A DNA stretch of 64,000 bases from Amphiscolops sp. MND2022 (lineage: Eukaryota), in NCBI GenBank assembly GCA_964187785.1, contig OZ076415.1:47492001-47556000 (forward strand), written 5' to 3'. The notes below the pieces were generated by a model. The model saw only the letters and a list, made by a program, of their open reading frames with translations, was not told where the DNA came from and made no database searches. A program made the translations under genes and the position numbers. Shown piece by piece: positions 41,380 to 55,732 of the stretch (positions are counted from its first letter, which is position 1; each line of letters begins with the position of its first letter).

Positions 41380-44300
41380 CTGAAACTCAGAAGGAAAACG
41401 GGTTCTAGAGCCATGAAGGTTTACAAAGTCCAGTGAAAACGAAGACAATTTGAAAAGTGGCCAGGCGCAATAATGATTTGTCGAATGGAATTCAGATATT
41501 AATAGCATCATTGTTCAGACCCGTCTTGAAGACATCACAATGATAGTTGACTGAAATTTTAATGGAAACAGGCTACTAAAATCAACACAGTTCACAAAAG
41601 CAGTCACACAGAAAACGAAGGTTTCTAGATAAAAGTCAGACAGCAAAAAATGAAGTCGAATCAAATTCAGATACTGATGACATCATTGTTCAGATCCGTC
41701 TTGAAACACACATCACACTAACATTTGACTGAAATTCAAAAGGAAAACGGCTTCTAGAGCCATTAAAGTTCACAAAGGTCAGTGAAAACGAAGACGATTC
41801 GAAAAAGTGGCCAGGTGCAATAATGATTTATCGACTGGAATTCAGATATTGATAGCATCATTGTTCAGACCCGTCTTGAAGACATCACAATGATGGTTGA
41901 CTGAAATTTTAATGGAAACAGGCTACTAAAATCAACACAGTTCACGAAAGCAGTCACACAGAAAACGAACGTTTCTAGATAAAAGGCAGACAGCAAAAAA
42001 TGAAGTCGAATCAAATTCAGATACTGATGACATCATTGTTCAGATCCGTCTTGAAACACACATCACACTAATATTTGACTGAAATTCAAAAGGAAAACGG
42101 CTTCTAGAGCCATTAAAGTTCACAACGGTCAGTGAAAACGAAGACGATTCGAAAAGTGGCCAGGTGCAATAATGATTTATCGACTGGAATTCAGATATTG
42201 ATAGCATCATTGTTGAGACCCGTCTTAAAGACATCACAATGATAGTTGACTGAAATTTTAATGGAAACAGGCTACTAAAACCATCAGGTTTCACAAAAGC
42301 AGTCAAACAGAAAACGAAGGTTTCTAGATAAAAGGCAGACAGCAAAAAATGAAGTCGAATCAAAATCAGATACTGATGACTTCATCGTTCAGATCCGTCT
42401 TGAAACACACATCAACTATTTGACTGAAATTCAGAAAGAAACGGGTTCTAGAGCCATGAAGGTTTACAAAGTCCAGTGAAAACGAAGACAATTTGAAAAG
42501 TGGCCAGGCGCAATAATGATTTATCGAATGGAATTCAGATATTAATAGCATCATTGTTCAGACCCGTCTTGAAGACATCACAATGATAGTTGACTGAAAT
42601 TTTAATGGAAACAGGCTACTAAAATCAACACAGTTCACAAAAGCAGTCACACAGAAAACGAAGGTTTCTAGATAAAAGTCAGACAGCAAAAAAAGAAGTC
42701 GAATCAAATTCAGATACTGATGACATCATTGTTCAGATCCGTCTTGAAACACATCACTAACATTTGACTGAAATTCAAAAAGAAAACGGCTTCTAGAGCC
42801 ATTAAAGTTCACAAAGGTCAGTGAAAACGAAGACGATTCGAAAAGTGGCCAGGTGCAATAATGATTTATCGACTGGAATTCAGATATTGATAGCATCATT
42901 GTTCAGACCCGTCTTGAAGACATCACAATGATGGTTGACTGAAATTTTAATGGAAACAGGCTACTAAAATCAACACAGTTCACGAAAGCAGTCACACAGA
43001 AAACGAACGTTTCTAGATAAAAGGCAGACAGCAAAAAATGAAGTCGAATCAAATTCAGATACTGATGACATCATTGTTCAGATCCGTCTTGAAACACACA
43101 TCACACTAATATTTGACTGAAATTCAAAAGGAAAACGGCTTCTAGAGCCATTAAAGTTCACAAAGGTCAGTGAAAACGAAGACGATTCGAAAAGTGGCCA
43201 GGTGCAATAATGATTTATCGACTGGAATTCAGATATTGATAGCATCATTGTTGAGACCCGTCTTAAAGACATCACAATGATAGTTGACTGAAAATTTAAT
43301 GGAAACAGGCTACTAGAACCATCAGGTTTCACAAAAGCAGTCAAACAGAAAACGAAGGTTTCTAGATAAAAGGCAGACAGCAAAAAATGAAGTCGAATCA
43401 AAATCAGATACTGATGACTTCATCGTTCAGATCCGTCTTGAAACACACATCAACTATTTGACTGAAATTCAGAAAGAAAACGGCTTCTAGAGCCATGAAG
43501 GTTTACAAAGTCCAGTGAAAACGAAGACAATTTGAAAAGTGGCCAGGTGCAATAATGATTTATCGACTGGAATTCAGATATTGATAGCATCATTGTTCAG
43601 ACCCGTCTTGAAGACATCACAATGATGATTGACTGAAATTTTAATGGAAACAGGCTACTAAAATCAACACAGTTCACAAAAGCAGTCACACAGAAAACGA
43701 ACGTTTCTAGATAAAAGGCAGACAGCAAAAAATGAAGTCGAATCAAATTCAGATACTGATGACATCATTGTTCAGATCCGTCTTGAAACACACATCACAC
43801 TAATATTTGACTGAAATTCAAAAGGAAAACGGCTTCTAGAGCCATTAAAGTTCACAAAGGTCAGTGAAAACGAAGACGATTCGAAAAGTGGCCAGGTGCA
43901 ATAATGATTTATCGACTGGAATTCAGATATTGATAGCATCATTGTTCAGACCCGTCTTGAAGACATCACAATGATGATTGACTGAAATTTTAATGGAAAC
44001 AGGCTACTAAAATCAACACAGTTCACAAAAGCAGTCACACAGAAAACGAACGTTTCTAGATAAAAGGCAGACAGCAAAAAATGAAGTCGAATCAAATTCA
44101 GATACTGATGACATCATTGTTCAGATCCGTCTTGAAACACACATCACACTAATATTTGACTGAAATTCAAAAGGAAAACGGCTTCTAGAGCCATTAAAGT
44201 TCACAAAGGTCAGTGAAAACGAAGACGATTCGAAAAGTGGCCAGGTGCAATAATGATTTATCGACTGGAATTCAGATATTGATAGCATCATTGTTGAGAC

Positions 44301-47300
44301 CCGTCTTAAAGACATCACAATGATATTTGACTGAAATTTTAATGGAAACAGGCTACTAGAACCATCAGGTTTCACAAAAGCAGTCAAACAGAAAACGAAG
44401 GTTTCTAGATAAAAGGCAGACAGCAAAAAATGAAGTTGAATCAAATTCAGATACTGATGACATCATTGTTCAGATCCGTCTTGAAACACACATCAAATAT
44501 TTGACTGAAATTCAGAAGGAAAACGGGTTCTAGAGCCATGAAAGTTCACTAAGTCCAATGAAAACGAAGACGATTCGAAAAGTGGCCAGGTGCAATAATG
44601 ATTTATCGACTGGGATTCAGATATTGATAGCATCATTGTTCAGACCCGTCTTGAAGACATCACAATGATAGTTGACTGAAATTTTAATGGAAACAGGCTA
44701 CTAAAATCAACACAGTTCACAAAAGCAGTCACACAGAAAACGAACGTTTCTAGATAAAAGGCAGACAGCAAAAAATGAAGTCGAATCAAATTCAGATACT
44801 GATGACATCATTGTTCAGATCCGTCTTGAAACACACATCACGCTAATATTTGACTGAAATTCAAAAGGAAAACAGCTTCTAGAGCCATTAAAGTTCACAA
44901 AGGTCAGTGAAAACGAAGACGATTCGAAAAGTGGCCAGGTGCAATAATGATTTATCGACTGGAATTCAGATATTGATAGCATCATTGTTGAGACCTGTCT
45001 TAAAGACATCACAATGATAGCTGACTGAAATTTTAATGGAAACAGGCTACTAGAACCATCAGGGTTCACAAAAGCAGTCAAACAGAAAACGAACGTTTCT
45101 AGATAAAATGCAGACAGCAAAAAATGAAGTCGAATCAAAATCAGATACTGATGACTTCATCGTTCAGATCCGTCTTGAAACACACATCAACTATTTGACT
45201 GAAATTCAGAAAGAAAACGGCTTCTAGAGCCATGAAGGTTCACGAAGGCCAGTTAAAAGGAAGATAATTTGAAAAGTGGCCAGGTGCAGAAATGATTTAT
45301 CGACTGGAATTCAGATAGTGATAGCATCAGTGTTCAGACCCGTCTTGAAGACATCACAATGATAGTTGACTGAAATTTTAATGGAAACAGGCTACTAGAA
45401 TCAACACAGTTCACAAAAGCAGTCAACCCAAAAACGAACGACATTAAAGAGAAAACAGAGAGCAAAAAGTGAAAAGTTGAATCAAATTCAGATACTAATG
45501 ACATCATTGTTCAGATCCGTCTTGAAACACACATCAAATATTTGACTGAAATTCAGAAGGAAAACGGGTTCTAGAGCCATGAAGGTTTACAAAGTCCAGT
45601 GAAAACTAAGACAATTTGAAAAGTGGCCAGGCGCAAGAATGATTTATCGAATGGAATTCAGATATTAATAGCATCATTGTTCAGACCCGTCTTGAAGACA
45701 TCACAATGATAGTTGACTGAAATTTTAATGGAAACAGTCTACTAGAATCAACACAGTTCGCAAGAAGTTAATCCAAAAACGAACGACATTAAAGAAAAAG
45801 CAGAGAGCAAAAAGTGAAAAGTTGAATCAAATTCAGATACTGAAGACATCATTGTTCAGATCCGTCTTGAAACACACATCAAATATTTGACTGAAATTCA
45901 GAAGGAAAACGGGTTCTAGAGCCATGAAACTTCACAAAGTCCAGTGAAAACGAAGACGATTCGGAAAGTGGCCAGGTGCAATAATGATTTATCGACTGGA
46001 ATTCAGATATTGATAGCATCAATGTTCAGACCCGTCTTGAAGACATCACAATGATAGTTGACTGAAATTTTAATGGAAACAGGCTACTAGAATCAACACA
46101 GTTCACAGAAGCAGTCAACCCAAAAACGAACGACATTAACGAGAAAACAGAGCAAAAAGTGAAAAGTTGAATCAAATTCAGATACTGATGACATCATTGT
46201 TCAGATCCGTCTTGAAACACACATCACACTAATATTTGACTGCAATTCAAAAGGAAAACGGCTTCTAGAGCCAAGAAGATTCACGAAGGCCAGTTAAAAC
46301 GAAGACAAAATGAAAAGTGGCCAGGTGCAATAATGATTTATCGACTGGAATTCAGATATTGATAGCATCAACGTTCAGACCCGTCTTGAAGGCATCACAA
46401 TGATAATTGACTAAAATTTTAATGGAAACAGGCTACTAGAATCATCATGGTCACAAAATCAGTCAAACAGAAAACGAAACGTTTTTAGAGAAAAGGCCGA
46501 CAGCAAAAAAACGAAAAGTCGAATCAAATTCAGATACTGATGACATCATTGTTCAGATCCGTCTTGGAACAAATATCAAATAATTGACCGAAATTCAGAA
46601 GAAAACGGCTTCTAGAGCCATGAAGGTTCACAAAGGCCACTGAAAACGAAGACGATTCGAAAAGTGGCCAGGTGCAATAATGATTTATCGACTGGAATTC
46701 AGATATTGATAGCATCATTGTTGAGACCAGTCTTGAAGACATCACAATGATAGTTGACTGAAACTTTAATGGAAACAGGCTACTAGAACCATCAGGTTTC
46801 ACAAAAGCAGTCAAACAGAAAACGAAGGTTTCTAGATAAAAGGCAGACAGCAAAAAATGAAGTCGAATCAAAATCAGATACTGATGACATCATTGTTCAG
46901 ATCCGTCTTGGAACAAATATCAAATAATTGACCGAAATTCAGAAAGAAAACGGCTTCTAGAGCCATGAAGGTTCCCAAAGGCCAGTGAAAACGAAGACGA
47001 TTCGAAAAGTGGCCAGGTGCAATAATGATTTATCGACTGGAATTCAGATATTGATAGCATCATTGTTCAGACCCGTCTTGAAGACATCATAATGATAGTT
47101 GACTGAAAGTTCAATGGAAACAGGCTACTAGAATCAACAGAGTTCACAGAAGCAGTCAACCCAAAAACGAACGACATTAACGAGAAAACAGAGAGCAAAA
47201 AGTGAAAAGTTGAATTAAATTCAGATACTGATGACATCATTGTTCAGAACCGTCTTGAAACACACATCAAATATTTGACTAAAATTGAGAAGGAAAACGG

Positions 47301-50089
47301 GTTCTAGAGCCATGAAAGTTCACAAAGTCCAGTGAAAACGAAGACGATTCGAAAAGTGCCAGGTGCAATAATGATTTATCGACTGGAATTCAGATATTGA
47401 TAGCATCATTGTTCAGACCCGTCTTGAAGACATCACAATGATAGTTGACTGAAATTTTATTGGAAACAGGCTACTAGAATCATCATGGTCACAAAAGCAG
47501 TCAAACAGAAAACGAACGACATTAAAGAAAAAGAGAGCAAAAAGTGAAAAGTTGAATCAAATTCAGATACTGATGCCATCATTGTTCAGATCCGTCTTGA
47601 AACACACATCACACTAATATTTGACTAAAATGCAAAAAGAAAACGGCTTCTAGAGCCATGAAGTTTCACAAAGGCCAGTGAAAACGAAGACAACTTGAAA
47701 AGTGGCCAGGCGCACTAATGATTTATCGAATGGAATTCAGATATTGAGAGCATCATTGTTCAGACCCGTCTTAAAGACATCACCTTGACAGTTGACTGAA
47801 ATCTTAATGGAAACAGGCTACAAGAATCATCATGGTTCACAAAAGCAGCCAACAGAAAACGAACGTTTTTAGAGAAAAAGCCGACAGCAAAAAACGAAAA
47901 GTCGAATCAAATTCAGACACTGATGACATCATTGTTCAGATCCATCTTGAAACAAATCAAATATTTGACTCAAATTCAGAATGAAAACGACTTCTAGAGC
48001 CATGAAGGTTCACAAAGGCCAGTGAAAACGAAGACAATTTGAAAAGTGGCCAGGCGCAAGAATGGTATTATCGAATGGAATTCAGATATTAATAGCATCA
48101 TTGTTCAGACCCGTCTTGAAGACATCACAATGATAGTTGACTGAAATTTTAATAGAAACAGGCTACTAGAATCATCATGGTCACAAAATCAGTCAAACAG
48201 AAAACAAAACGTTTTTAGAGAAAAGGCCGACAGCAAAAAAACGAAAAGTCGAATCAAATTCAGATACTGATGATATCATTGTTCAGATCCATCTTGAAAC
48301 AAATCAAATATTTGACTCAAATTCAGAATGAAAACGACTTCTAGAGCCATGAAGGTTCACAAAGGCCAGTGAAAACGAAAACAATTTGAAAAGTGGCCAG
48401 GCGCAAGAATGGTATTATCGAATGGAATTCAGATATTAATAGCATCATTGTTCAGACCCGTCTTGAAACACACATCAAATATTTGACTAAAATTCAGAAG
48501 GAAAACGGGTTCTAGAGCCATGAAAGTTCACAAAGTCCAGTGAAAACGAAGACGATTCTAAAAGTGCCAGGTGCAATAATGATTTATCGACTGGAATTCA
48601 GATATTGATAGCATCATTGTTCAGACCCGTCTGGAAGACATCACAATGATAGTTGACTGAAATTTTAATGGAAACAGGCTACTAGAATCATCATGGTTCA
48701 CAAAAGCAATCCAACAGAAAACGAACGTTTTTACAGAAAAGGCCGACAGCAAAAAAAAACGAAAAGTCGAAACAAATTCAGACACTGATGACATCACTAT
48801 TCAGATCCGTCTTGAAACACAAATCAAATATTTGACTGAATTTCAGAAGGAAAATGGCTTCTAGAGACATGAAGGTTCACAAAGGCCAGTGAACACGAAG
48901 ACAATTTGAAAAGCGGCCAGGCGCAATAACGATTTATCGAATGGAATTCAGATATTAATAGCATCATTGTTCAGACCCGTCTTGAAGACATCACAATGAT
49001 AGTTGACTGAAATTTTAATGGAAACAGGCTACTAGAATCAACATAGTTCACAAAAGCAGTCAACCCAAAAACGAACGACATTAAAGAAAAGAGAGCAAAA
49101 AGTGAAAAGTTAAATCAAATTCAGATACTGATGACATCATTGTTCAGATCCGTGTTAAAATACACATCACACTAATATTTGACTAAAATTCAAAAGGAAA
49201 TCGGCTTCTAGAGCCATGAAGTTTCACAAAGGCCAGTGAAAACTACAACAACTTGAAAAGTGGCCAGGCGCACTAATGATTCATCGAATGGAATTCAGAT
49301 ATTGAGAGCATCATTGTTCAGACCCGTCTTAAAGACATCACCTTGACAGTTGACTGAAATCTTAATGGAAACAGGCTACAAGAATCATCATGGTTCACAA
49401 AAGCAGTCAAACAGAAAACGAACGTTTTCAGAGAAAAGGCCGACACCAAAAAACGAAAAATCGAATCAAATTCAGATACTGATGACATCATTGTTCAGAT
49501 CCGTCTTGAAACACAAATCAAATATTTGACTGACATTATAAGGAAAATGGCTTCTAGAGCCATGAAGGTTCACAAAGGCCAGTGAACACGAAGACAATTT
49601 GAAAAGTGGCCAGGCACAATAATGATTTATCGAATGGAATTCAGATATTAATAGCATCAATGTTCAGACCCGTCTTAAAGACATCACAATGATAGTTGAC
49701 TGAAATTTTAATGGAAACAGGCTACTAGAATCAACACAGTTCACAGAAGCAGTCAAACAAAGAACAAACGTTTTTAGAGAAAAAGCCGACAGCAAAAAAA
49801 ACGAAAAGTCGAATCAAATTCAGATACTGATGACATCATTGTTCAGATCCGTCTTGAAACACAAATCAAATATTTGACTGACATTAAGAAGGAAAATGGC
49901 TTCTAGAGCCATGAAGGTTCACAAAGGCAGTGAACACGAAGACAATTTGAAAAGTGGCCAGGCGCAATAATGATTTATCGAATGGAATTCAGATATTGAT
50001 AGCATCAATGTTCAGACCCGTCTTGAAAACATCACAATGATAGTTGACTGAAATTTTAATGGAAACAGGCTACTAGAATCAACACAGTT

Positions 50090-53000
50090 CACATAAGCAG
50101 TCAATCCAAAAACGAACGACATTAAAGTAAAGAGCAACGAGTGAAAAGTTGAATCAAATTCAGATACTGATGACATCATTGTTCTGATCCGTGTTGAAAC
50201 ACACATCACAGTAATATTTGACTAAAATTCAAAAGGAAAACGGCTTCTAGAGCCATGAAGTTTAACAAAGGCCAGTGAAAACGAAGACAACTTGAAAAGT
50301 GGCCAGGCGCACTAATGATTCATCGAATGGAATTCAGATATTGAGAGAATCATTGTTCAGACCCGTCTTAAAGACACCACCTTGACAGTTGACTGAAATC
50401 TTAATGGAAACAGGCTACAAGAATCATCATGGTTCACAGAAGCAGTCAAACAGAAAACGAACGTTTTCAGAGAAAAGGCCGACACCAAAAAAAAAACGAA
50501 AAGTCGAATCATATTCAGATACTGATGACATCATTGTTCAGATCCGTCTTGAAACACAAATCAAATATTTGACTGAAATTCAGAAGGAAATGGCTTCTAG
50601 AGACATGAAGGTTCACAAAGGCCAGTTAAAACGAAGACAACTTGAAAAGTGGCCAGGCGCACTAATGATTCATCGAATGGAATTCAGATATTGAGAGCAT
50701 CATTGTTCAGACCCGTCTTGAAGACATCACCTTGACAGTTGACTGAAATCTTAATGGAAACAGGCTACTAGAATCATCATGGTTCACAAAAGCAGTCAAA
50801 CAGAAAATGAACGTTTTCAGATAAAAGGCAGACGGCAAAAAAAGAAAAGTCGAATCAAAGTCAGATACTGATGACATCATTGTTCAGATTTGTCTTGAAA
50901 CACACATCACACTAACATTTGACTGAAATTCAAAAGGAAAACGGCTTCTGGAGCCTCACAAAGGCCAGTGAAAACGAATACAATTTGAAAAGTGGCCAGG
51001 CGCAATAATGATATATCGAATGGAATTCAGATATTGATAGCATCATTGTTCAGACCCGTCTTAAAGACATCACAATGATAGTTGACTGAAATTTTATTGG
51101 AAACAGGCTACTAGAATCAACACAGTTCACAGAAGCAGTCAAACCAAAAACGAACGACATTGAAGAAAAAGCAGAGCAAAAAGTGAAAAGTTGAATCAAA
51201 TTCAGATACTGATGACATCATTGTTCAGATGCGTCTTGAAACACACATCACACTAATATTTGACTGCAATTCAAAAAGAAAACGGCTTCTAGAGCCATGA
51301 AAGTTCACAAAGGCCAGTGAATACGAAGACAATTTGAAAACAAGGCCAGGAGCAATAATGATTTATCGAATGGAATTCAGATATTGATAGCATCATTGTT
51401 CAGACCCGTCTTGAAGACATCACAATGATAGTTGACTGAAATTTTAATGGAAACAGGCTACTAGAATCAACACAGTTCACAGAAGCAGTCAAACAGAAAA
51501 CTAACGTTTTCAGAGAAAAGGCCGACACCAAAAAACGAAAAGTCGAACCATATTCAGATACTGATGACACCATTGTTCAGATCCGTCTTGAAACACAAAT
51601 CAAATATTTGACTGAAATTCAGAAGGAAATGGCTTCTATAGACATGAAGGTTCACAAAGGCCAGTGAAAACGAAGACAACTTGAAAAGTGGCCAGGCGCA
51701 CTAATGATTTATCGAATGGAAATCAGATATTGAGAGCATCATTGTTCAGACCCGTCTTAAAGACATCACCTTGACAGTTGACTGAAATTTCAATGGAAAC
51801 AGGCTACCGGAATCATCATGGTTCACAAAAGCAGTCAAACAGAAAATGAACATTTTCAGATAAAAGGCAGACGGCAAAAAATGAAAAGTCGAATCAAATT
51901 CAGATACTGATGACATCATTGTTCAGATTTGTCTTGAAAAACATATCACACTAACATTTGACTGAAATTCAAAAGGAAAACGGCTTCTGGAACCGTGAAG
52001 GCTCACGAAGGCCAGCGAAAACGAATATAATCTAAAAAGTGGCCGGGCGCAATAATGATATATCGAATGGATTTCAGATATTGATAGCATCATTGTTCAG
52101 ACCCGTCTTAAAGACATCACAATGATAGTTGACTGAAATTTTAATGGAACCAGGCTACTAGAATCAACACAGTTCACAGAAGCAGTCAAACCAAAAACGA
52201 ACGACATTAAAGAAAAAGCAGAGCAAAAAATGAAAAGTTGAATCAAATTCAGATACTGATGACATCATTGTTCAGATCCGTCTTGAAACACACATCACTA
52301 ATATTTGACTGCAATTCAAAAGGAAAATGGCTTCTAAAGCCATGAAGGTTCACAAAGGCCAGTGAACACGAAGACAATTTGAAAAGTGGCCAGGCGCAAT
52401 AATGATTTATCGAATGGAATTCAGATATTAATAGCATCAATGTTCAGACCCGTCTTGAAGACATCACAATGATAGTTGACTGAAATTTTATTGGAAACAG
52501 GCTACTAGAATCAACACAGTTCACATAAGCAGTCAATCCAAAAACGGACGACATTAAAGAAAAGAGCAAATAGTGAAAAGTTGAATCAAATTCAGTTACT
52601 GATGACATCATTGTTCAGATCCGTCTTGAAACACACATCACACTAATATTTGACTAAAATTCAAAAGGAAAACGGCTTCTGGAGCCATGAAGTTTAACAA
52701 AGGCCAGCGAAAACGAAGACAACTTGAAAAGTGGCCAGGCGCACTAATGATTCATCGAATGGAATTCAGATATTGAGAGAATCATTGTTCAGACCCGTCT
52801 TAAAGACACCACCTTGACAGTTGACTGAAATCTTAATGGAAACAGGCTACAAGAATCATCATGGTTCACAGAAGCAGTCAAACAGAAAACGAACGTTTTC
52901 AGAGAAAAGGCCGACACCAAAAAAAAACGAAAAGTCGAATCATATTCAGATACTGATGACATCATTGTTCAGATCCGTCTTGAAACACAAATCAAATATT

Positions 53001-55500
53001 TGACTGAAATTCAGAAGGAAATGGCTTCTAGAGACATGAAGGTTCACAAAGGCCAGTTAAAACGAAGACAACTTGAAAAGTGGCCAGGCGCACTAATGAT
53101 TCATCGAATGGAATTCAGATATTGAGAGCATCATTGTTCAGACCCGTCTTGAAGACATCACCTTGACAGTTGACTGAAATCTTAATGGAAACAGGCTACT
53201 AGAATCATCATGGTTCACAAAAGCAGTCAAACAGAAAATGAACGTTTTCAGATAAAAGGCAGACGGCAAAAAAAGAAAAGTCGAATCAAAGTCAGATACT
53301 GATGACATCATTGTTCAGATTTGTCTTGAAACACACATCACACTAACATTTGACTGAAATTCAAAAGGAAAACGGCTTCTGGAGCCTCACAAAGGCCAGT
53401 GAAAACGAATACAATTTGAAAAGTGGCCAGGCGCTATAATGATATATCGAATGGAATTCAGATATTGATAGCATCATTGTTCAGACCCGTGTTAAAGACA
53501 TCACAATGATAGTTGACTGAAATTTTATTGGAAACAGGCTACTAGAATCAACACAGTTCACAGAAGCAGTCAAACCAAAAACGAACGACATTAAAGAAAA
53601 AGCAGAGCAAAAAGTGAAAAGTTGAATCAAATTCAGATACTGATGACATCATTGTTCAGATGCGTCTTGAAACACACATCACACTAATATTTGACTGCAA
53701 TTCAAAAAGAAAACGGCTTCTAGAGCCATGAAAGTTCACAAAGGCCAGTGAATACGAAGACAATTTGAAAACAAGGCCAGGCGCAATAATGATTTATCGA
53801 ATGGAATTCAGATATTGATAGCATCATTGTTCAGACCCGTCTTGAAGACATCACAATGATAGTTGACTGAAATTTTAATGGAAACAGGCTACTAGAATCA
53901 ACACAGTTCACAGAAGCAGTCAAACAGAAAACTAACGTTTTCAGAGAAAAGGCCGACACCAAAAAACGAAAAGTCGAACCATATTCATATACTGATGACA
54001 TCATTGTTCAGATCCGTCTTGAAACACAAATCAAATATTTGACTGAAATTCAGAAGGAAATGGCTTCTATAGACATGAAGGTTCACAAAGGCCAGTGAAA
54101 ACGAAGACAACTTGAAAAGTGGCCAGGCGCACTAATGATTCATCGAATGGAATTCAGATATTGAGAGCATCATTGTTCAGACCTGTCTTGAAGACATCAC
54201 AATGATAGTTGACTGAAATTTCAATGGAAACAGGCTACTAGAATCAACACAATTCACATAAGCAGTCAATCCAAAAACGAACATTAAAGAAAAAAGCAAA
54301 TAGTGAAAAGTTGAATCAAATTCAGATACTGATGACATCATTGTTCAGATCCGTCTTGAAACACACATCACACTAATATTTGACTAAAATTCAAAAGGAA
54401 AACGGCTTCTACAGCCATGAAGTTTCACAAAGGCCAGTGAAAACTAAGACAACTTGAAAAGTGGCCAGGCGCACTAATGATTTATCGAATGGAAATCAGA
54501 TATTGAGAGCATCATTGTTCAGACCCGTCTTAAAGACATCACCTTGACAGTTGACTGAAATCTTAATGGAAACATGCTACCAGAATCATCATGGTTCACA
54601 AAAGCAGTCAAACAGAAAATGAACGTTTTCAGATAAAAGGCAGACGGCAAAAAATGAAAAGTCGAATCAAATTCAGATACTGATGACATCATTGTTCAGA
54701 TTTGTCTTGAAACACATATCACACTAACATTTGACTGAAATTCAAAAAGAAAACGGCTTCTGGAACCGTGAAGGCTCACGAAGGCCAGTGAAAACGAATA
54801 TAATCTAAAAAGTGGCCGGGCGCAATAATGATATATCGAATGGATTTCAGATATTGATAGCATCATTGTTCAGACCCGTCTTAAAGACATCACAATGATA
54901 GTTGACTGAAATTTTAATGGAACCAGGCTACTAGAATCAACACAGTTCATAGAAGCAGTCAAACCAAAAACGAACGACATTAAAGAAAAAGCAGAGCAAA
55001 AAATGAAAAGTTGAATCAAATTCAGATACTGATGACATCATTGTTCAGATCCGTCTTGAAACACACATCACTAATATTTGACTGCAATTCAAAAGGAAAA
55101 TGGCTTCTAAAGCCATGAAGGTTCACAAAGGCCAGTGAACACGAAGACAATTTGAAAAGTGGCCAGGCGCAATAATGATTTATCGAATGGAATTCAGATA
55201 TTAATAGCATCAATGTTCAGACCCGTCTTGAAGACATCACAATGATAGTTGACTGAAATTTTAATGGAAACAGGCTACTAGAATCAACACAGTTCACATA
55301 AGCAGTCAATCCAAAAACGGACGACATTAAAGAAAAGAGCAAATAGTGAAAAGTTGAATCAAATTCAGATACTGATGACATCATTGTTCAGATCCGTCTT
55401 GAAACACACATCACACTAATATTTGACTAAAATTCAAAAGGAAAACGGCTTCTGGAGCCGTGAAGGCTCACAAAGGCCAGTGAAAACGAATACAATTTGA
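50090..55500. repeat. Diverged edge domain of the satellite with ~2.43-kb and ~2.77-kb internal duplications
   Basis: ctggagcctcacaaagg occurs at ~50948 and ~53379. Junk ORFs 50389/52821 are offset 2432 and 52249/55022 are offset 2773. Confidence 0.8.
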
Positions 55501-55732
55501 AAAGTGGCCAGGCGCAATAATGATATATCGAATGGAATTCAGATATTGATAGCATCATTGTTCAGACCCGTCTTAAAGACATCACATTGATAGTTGAATG
55601 AAATCGTAATGAAAACAGGCTACTAAAATCATCATGGTTCACAAAATCAGTGAAACAGAAAACGAACGTCTTTAGAGAAAAGGCAGACAGCAAAAAATGA
55701 AAAGTCGAATCAAATTCAGATAGTGATGGCAT

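Larger units (their letters stand above)
1..55585 (-). ncRNA. Array of candidate box C/D snoRNA-like cores (one per monomer, ~47-64 nt) with a U21/SNORD21-type guide antisense to 28S rRNA
   Basis: Minus-strand B core: GTGATGT - GTGTTTCAAGACGG(A/G)T - CTGA - ACA - ATGATGT - CATCAGTAT - CTGA. A core: GTGATGT - CTT(C/T)AAGACGGGT - CTGA - ACA - ATGATGC - T(A/C)TCAATAT - CTGA. The guide is complementary to conserved LSU rRNA GACCCGUCUUGAAACAC. The cores are on the same strand as the host gene. Expression is not shown. Confidence 0.55.

Noticed and set aside
5442-55213. Dozens of 60-113 aa ORFs on both strands in the array (e.g. MIRLHFLLSAF..., MTEILMETGY...)
   Set aside because: They are translations of the satellite unit, opened and closed by random indels and stops between copies, with no recognisable domain or conserved frame.
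1-55600. Dscam-like array of alternative coding exons for the ankyrin gene
   Set aside because: After the acceptor-like AGs all three frames reach a stop within about 20 codons, no good donor is present, and there is no ankyrin similarity.
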